This document shows positions 59,893 through 64,000 of a stretch of 64,000 bases of DNA, piece after piece (the first letter of the stretch is position 1; each line of letters begins with the position of its first letter). The translations under genes were made by a program, and so were the position numbers. The stretch comes from Lingula anatina (lineage: Eukaryota > Animalia > Brachiopoda): NCBI GenBank assembly GCA_051362555.1, contig CM120643.1, positions 19,534,848 to 19,598,847 of the forward strand. Direction: 5' to 3'. The notes below the pieces were generated by a model, which saw only the letters and a list, made by a program, of their open reading frames with translations, was not told where the DNA came from and made no database searches.

Positions 59893-61783
59893 TCTTCTTT
59901 TTTCAAGATTATACAAGGGGATATCTTTCCTTTTTTTTATGCTGTAGTACAGTTCCGGTTCGATACGTTATAATGCCAACATCTTTCATATTCAAATTAA
60001 TATATTGATATGGGCGCAATAAAAATTGACGCTATTAGAGTAAAAACTAATCTTGTTGTTTCAAGCACCTTCCCCGTGCTTCCGCACATAGGCCTATGGT
60101 GGCCAAGGATGTATCGTCAGTTAAGCTGCTTTGTAAATTGCTGTGAAGTGCTACATGTAATCGTTTTCAACGCACTTCAGAATTTTTTTAGTACTTTTAT
60201 AAGGTACCAGTATTGTCATGAAAATTAATATGGTAAATAACTAGGGTGCGAACTACAATTCGATGCCGTTGTGTGGTTTTATGTATTTTTGTTTATGATA
60301 TATTGGCCCCTCATCACGATGTTCCATTAAACAAAGGCATTATTTCGCGTTAATACTGATAATTTTTATATTAGAAGTAAGCTTTTCAAGAAATTTTCCT
60401 GGCACTGTTTCCTCACGCGCACGTGTGTGTATGTTGCGTGTGCCAAAAATGCATTGCTCTTAATCTCGGTATAGATATTCTAACGGTTCATTCGTTTTAG
60501 TGTTCACCAAAATATTTTGTAAATAATCATTGAGCGAGTATTTCGATCATTAGTCAACGCCAGTCAACCTATCGTGGGGACATCCTATGTAAAGAACTTC
60601 GACATACTAGTATCCCAGCAGGCACACAACGTTGATTCAACGTTGAATCAACGTTGATTCTCAACGTTGAATCAACGTTGAATTTATGTTTGAAAACGGA
60701 AGTTTGTGTCAACGTTGAAAAGTCAACGTTGAATCAACGTTGAAAATTCAACGTTGAATCAACGTTGGCAATTCAACGTTGTTTCAACATTAGAAATCTC
60801 AATTAACGTTGATTATATGTTGATTTAGCATCGATTATATCTTGATTTAACATCAAATAAAAGTTGAGACAAATAGCATTTTCAATGTCTTTATTTTGTC
60901 ACTGCATAAAAGGAAAAATGCTGCTAATTTAAGTAGTTAAAATATACATAGTTTACAACATAGCAATAATAAATAAAAAACTAAGAACAACACTTTTTTT
61001 TTTTACAAAACAAAGCTGCACATCGAATCTGAACTAACACAAAAATTGTAATTAATTATGTATGTACATAGTGGGGGGGAGGGATTTTTGCACACCTTAA
61101 CCTAAATTATACTATACATTGTCATTTTTAAAGTAAATTATAATTCAAACATATCATTAATAATCATAATCACTAGTTCTGTAATAAATAAATCTTGAAT
61201 AATGAATGAAAAAACATTGTTTTTTAGATGACAGAGAGTTCATCATAACAAAATTATAAATAACCATGCAGTAACTGTTTCAATTAAACTTGCATGCTGT
61301 CTACATACATGCACTCTGAAAAAAAGAATTATGTATACCCCATAGATATAGATGTACAATAAAAAGACAATTACATGTGCACAAACACAAACCCCAGTAT
61401 ATTGTTGATGCTTTTGAATGAAATTACATCATGAATAAAATCACTCAATGAGTTGAACCAGTTTGGAACACTTGTGCTTTTTTCATATCCATATCACTAA
61501 GAAATGATACATCAGGCTCCTTGACAAGCTAATAATAATTAAAGGAATTAACAATGTAACAAGTACATCTACCAAATTAACAACAGCTCATTTAAATGTC
61601 AGGTAAAAACACAACATCCCTTCCTTTGTTAAAGAGAATTAAACTGTCCTTTCAAATATGCTAATTGACAGTTCAGTCTTTAAATTGTCTTTTCAAACAT
61701 TTGCAGAATAACATATGAACTCCAACTATAATTATTCTAACCACATTGAAAATTCTCAAATCTAATCAACTCATATCAAACCC

Positions 61784-61938
61784 TACCCTCTACCAGGGCG
61801 ACTGATAGATTTTTACGGATATTCACAGATATGTCTTTAGCTAGATTAGTCACTTGGAGCTTAAAATGACAATCTATCTAGCTAGAGACATATCTGTGAA
61901 TATCCGTAAAAATCTATCAGTCGCCCTGGTAGAGGGTA
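61784..61938. mobile_element. Fold-back MITE, 155 bp, 9-bp TSD (Mutator-like by TSD length)
   Basis: About 60-bp near-perfect arms TACCCTCTACCAGGGCGACTGATAGATTTTTACGGATATTCACAGATATGTC; ATCAAACCC duplicated on both sides. Confidence 0.88.
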
Positions 61939-61947
61939 ATCAAACCC

Positions 61948-62900
61948 CATGTCCCTTTCACTACAATACTACAAATTCCACATGGTCTCTTTCTTTGTCT
62001 GCCTTTAAGTCACATTCAAATGCTCCCTTCACTTTAAAGGTTTCTCAGACGTGTCTGAATAATACTGTTTGTTTTGTGGTCCTCCACAAGAGCCTGAGAC
62101 GCATTTTTTTTTCTTGGATTGCAGCATTCCCCATGTATTTTCATCAATGATATTACAATATGCGCCTGAATCTGGTAATACAGCTAGTACACTGAGATTA
62201 ATGCCGTCTATCTCTATTTCCACCAAGTCTCAGTGTATATTGCATTGGTTACCCCACACCAAATGTATATGCACTCCTGGATTATCATGTTCATAACTGT
62301 CATATACATGAATATTAGTTTCAGTTTTGCAGACTTGTTGCACGTTCCATGTTTTCTCAGTCGGGGTGGTTTCTACTTCGTTTTTTCATGTCTGAACTCG
62401 TGGTGTTTAGACTGAGTTGGTTTGTCAAATGACTTCGGTTTTTAACATACTCACAGTTTCTGGAGTTGCACTTTCATTTAAAGTGTTAACAGTCTATGTG
62501 TATCCATGTTTCACACCTGCAATATGTTTGGGAGAGTCATGAAAATATCTTGTACACGTCCCCCTGAATGCTACATCAGCGCACGTCTCTTCTGACATGT
62601 ATTTTTTAATTTTCTGTCTTTGTTCATTATTTCTTTTCGTCCGTTGGTTCTGAAACGATCAAACCTTTTCCGTCAGCAAATGATTTATCTCTATCTTTCT
62701 CATCCTGCAAACTGTCTAGCCAGCGTGGCCCGTATTTCTCCGGACTTCTGTACGCTTCGAATTTCGTAATTTCACGTTTTTCCTCCATTTTCTCAAAGAA
62801 AGTTGGCTCGTAGTTTTGCACTAAAGTTAATCCTCGTCTCCAGTGTTGATGCCTTCGAATTATATCGCATCACGAATCGAATCAATCAACGAATTGTATC
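61948..62900 (-). mobile_element. Decayed Ty3/Gypsy LTR retrotransposon 5' part (LTR end, PBS, gag, protease) inside the EnSpm element
   Basis: Minus strand: ...TCAACA|CTGGAGACGAGGA (LTR end plus TGGCGACGAGG-like PBS, 62843-62831); gag-like YGPRW...FADGKGLIV and QKRRALM*HSGGRVQDIFMTLP; protease VEIEIDG...DSGAYCNIIDE, then frameshifted VKGAFECDLK...EFVV. Confidence 0.75.
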
Positions 62901-63274
62901 AGTTTCATACGCCTGTGCTTCTTCGTATCCACAACTCTAAAAACGCTACATCCGGGTACTTGACCGGCTTGTCATAAAAAGCGGAATTTAAGAATAGCGG
63001 AACGAGTACTTAGCTCTAAAAAGTTAACAGTTCATTCAAATGTCAAGTCCAATTTATATCAAATAGTGCAAATATGATGAGGGGACTTTGAAGAAAAGAG
63101 AGAAAGAGAGAGATAAATCAAAATTGATCAAATGACGTTAGTTCAATGCATTCAACTCACTTGTCAATAAAAAAAAAAATAGACAAAAATTAAATAATTA
63201 AAATTATAAAATAAATAAAAAAATAAAATAAATGACATCACCAAATATTGGCTTGATGGCAATATATATATATA

Positions 63275-63586
63275 TTGAATTTGTTGTCGTTGAATCAAAG
63301 TTGAATCAATGTTGAAATGCCAACGTTGAATTTGTTGTCGTTGAATCAAAGTTGAATCAACGTTGAAATGCCAACGTTGAATTTGTTGTCGTTGAATCAA
63401 AGTTGAATCAACGTTGAAATGCCAACGTTGAATTTGTTGTCGTTGAATCAACGTTGAATCAACGTTGAAATGCCAACATTGAATTTGTTGACGTTGAATC
63501 AACGTTGAATCAACGTTGAAATGCCAACGTTGAATTTGTTGTCGTTGAATCAACGTTGAATCAACGTTGAAATGTCAACGTTGAAT
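63275..63586. repeat. 51-bp tandem array (about 6 copies), EnSpm subterminal repeat
   Basis: Unit AACGTTGAATTTGTTGTCGTTGAATCAA(A/C)GTTGAATCAACGTTGAAATGCC. Confidence 0.9.
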
Positions 63587-64000
63587 TATGGTCGTTGAAT
63601 CAACGTTGATTCAACGTTTATCAACGTCTCAACATAAATTCAACGTTGATTCAACGTTGAATCAACGTTGTGTGCCTGCTGGGATGAATTTATATCTGTG
63701 GCTTATGCAACGGCAAGTGACACTGATAGTGCACAATACATCGGTATATAAACATGTTGCATATTTACGGAGAAAGCATGCTTTGAATATTGCAATGAAT
63801 ACAACGGTGTACATAAAATAAACACGTAAATAAAATCAGGTTTTAGGAAATATTCATTATCCTTGTAATAACGTGTGGGTGATGGGTGCTACACAGTCCC
63901 TCTTATGAAAGGCTAACCACAATGCTTATCAAGTGCTGACATATCTTCATCACGATAAATGATAACGAGAGAAATGTCACCGTTTTCTTAATTACTTGCC

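Larger units (their letters stand above)
60614..63683. mobile_element. Non-autonomous CMC/EnSpm-type DNA transposon (CCCAG termini), 3070 bp
   Basis: TIR CCCAGCAGGCACACAACGTTGATTCAACGTTGAATCAACGTTGA at both ends; 2-bp TSD AT; arrays of palindromic TCAACGTTGA subterminal repeats (about 60628-60815 and 63275-63670); no transposase ORF. Confidence 0.88.

Noticed and set aside
60628-60815. Regularly spaced palindromic repeats resembling a CRISPR array (also 63275-63670 and 21822-22024)
   Set aside because: No unique spacers, no cas genes, eukaryotic context; explained as transposon subterminal repeats and a tandem duplication
63164-63553. 129-aa ORF with 17-aa repeats (QRQQIQRWHFNVDSTLI)
   Set aside because: Translation of the 51-bp EnSpm subterminal array; not a gene

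Overview
AT-rich, intron-rich animal genomic DNA, most likely a marine invertebrate; the taxon is not identifiable from sequence alone. I reconstructed three protein-coding genes by hand from GT-AG splice sites and reading-frame continuity. (1) A 26-coding-exon, PDZ-containing neuronal-type nitric oxide synthase on + (531..33766, about 1487 aa). (2) A convergent MFHAS1-like ROCO gene on - (LRR-ROC-COR plus a separately encoded C-terminal CARD, 41267..37675, about 948 aa). (3) An acatalytic carbonic anhydrase-related protein, CA8/CARP VIII-like, on - (core 49182..45263, probable 5' exons near 58.1-58.5 kb). Introns and flanks carry many non-autonomous DNA transposons with readable TIRs/TSDs (Kolobok, PIF/Harbinger, a 5-bp-TSD hAT-like family). 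A 3.07-kb CMC/EnSpm element contains a decayed Gypsy 5' end, itself interrupted by a 9-bp-TSD MITE. The most notable points are: substitutions in the NOS L-Arg carboxylate pocket, a shortened NOS autoinhibitory loop, a four-fold tandem duplication of a NOS splice donor, the ROCO-CARD fusion next to NOS, and a symmetric 39-nt microexon plus double zinc-ligand loss in CA8. No database searches were run; family comparisons rely on recalled motifs.
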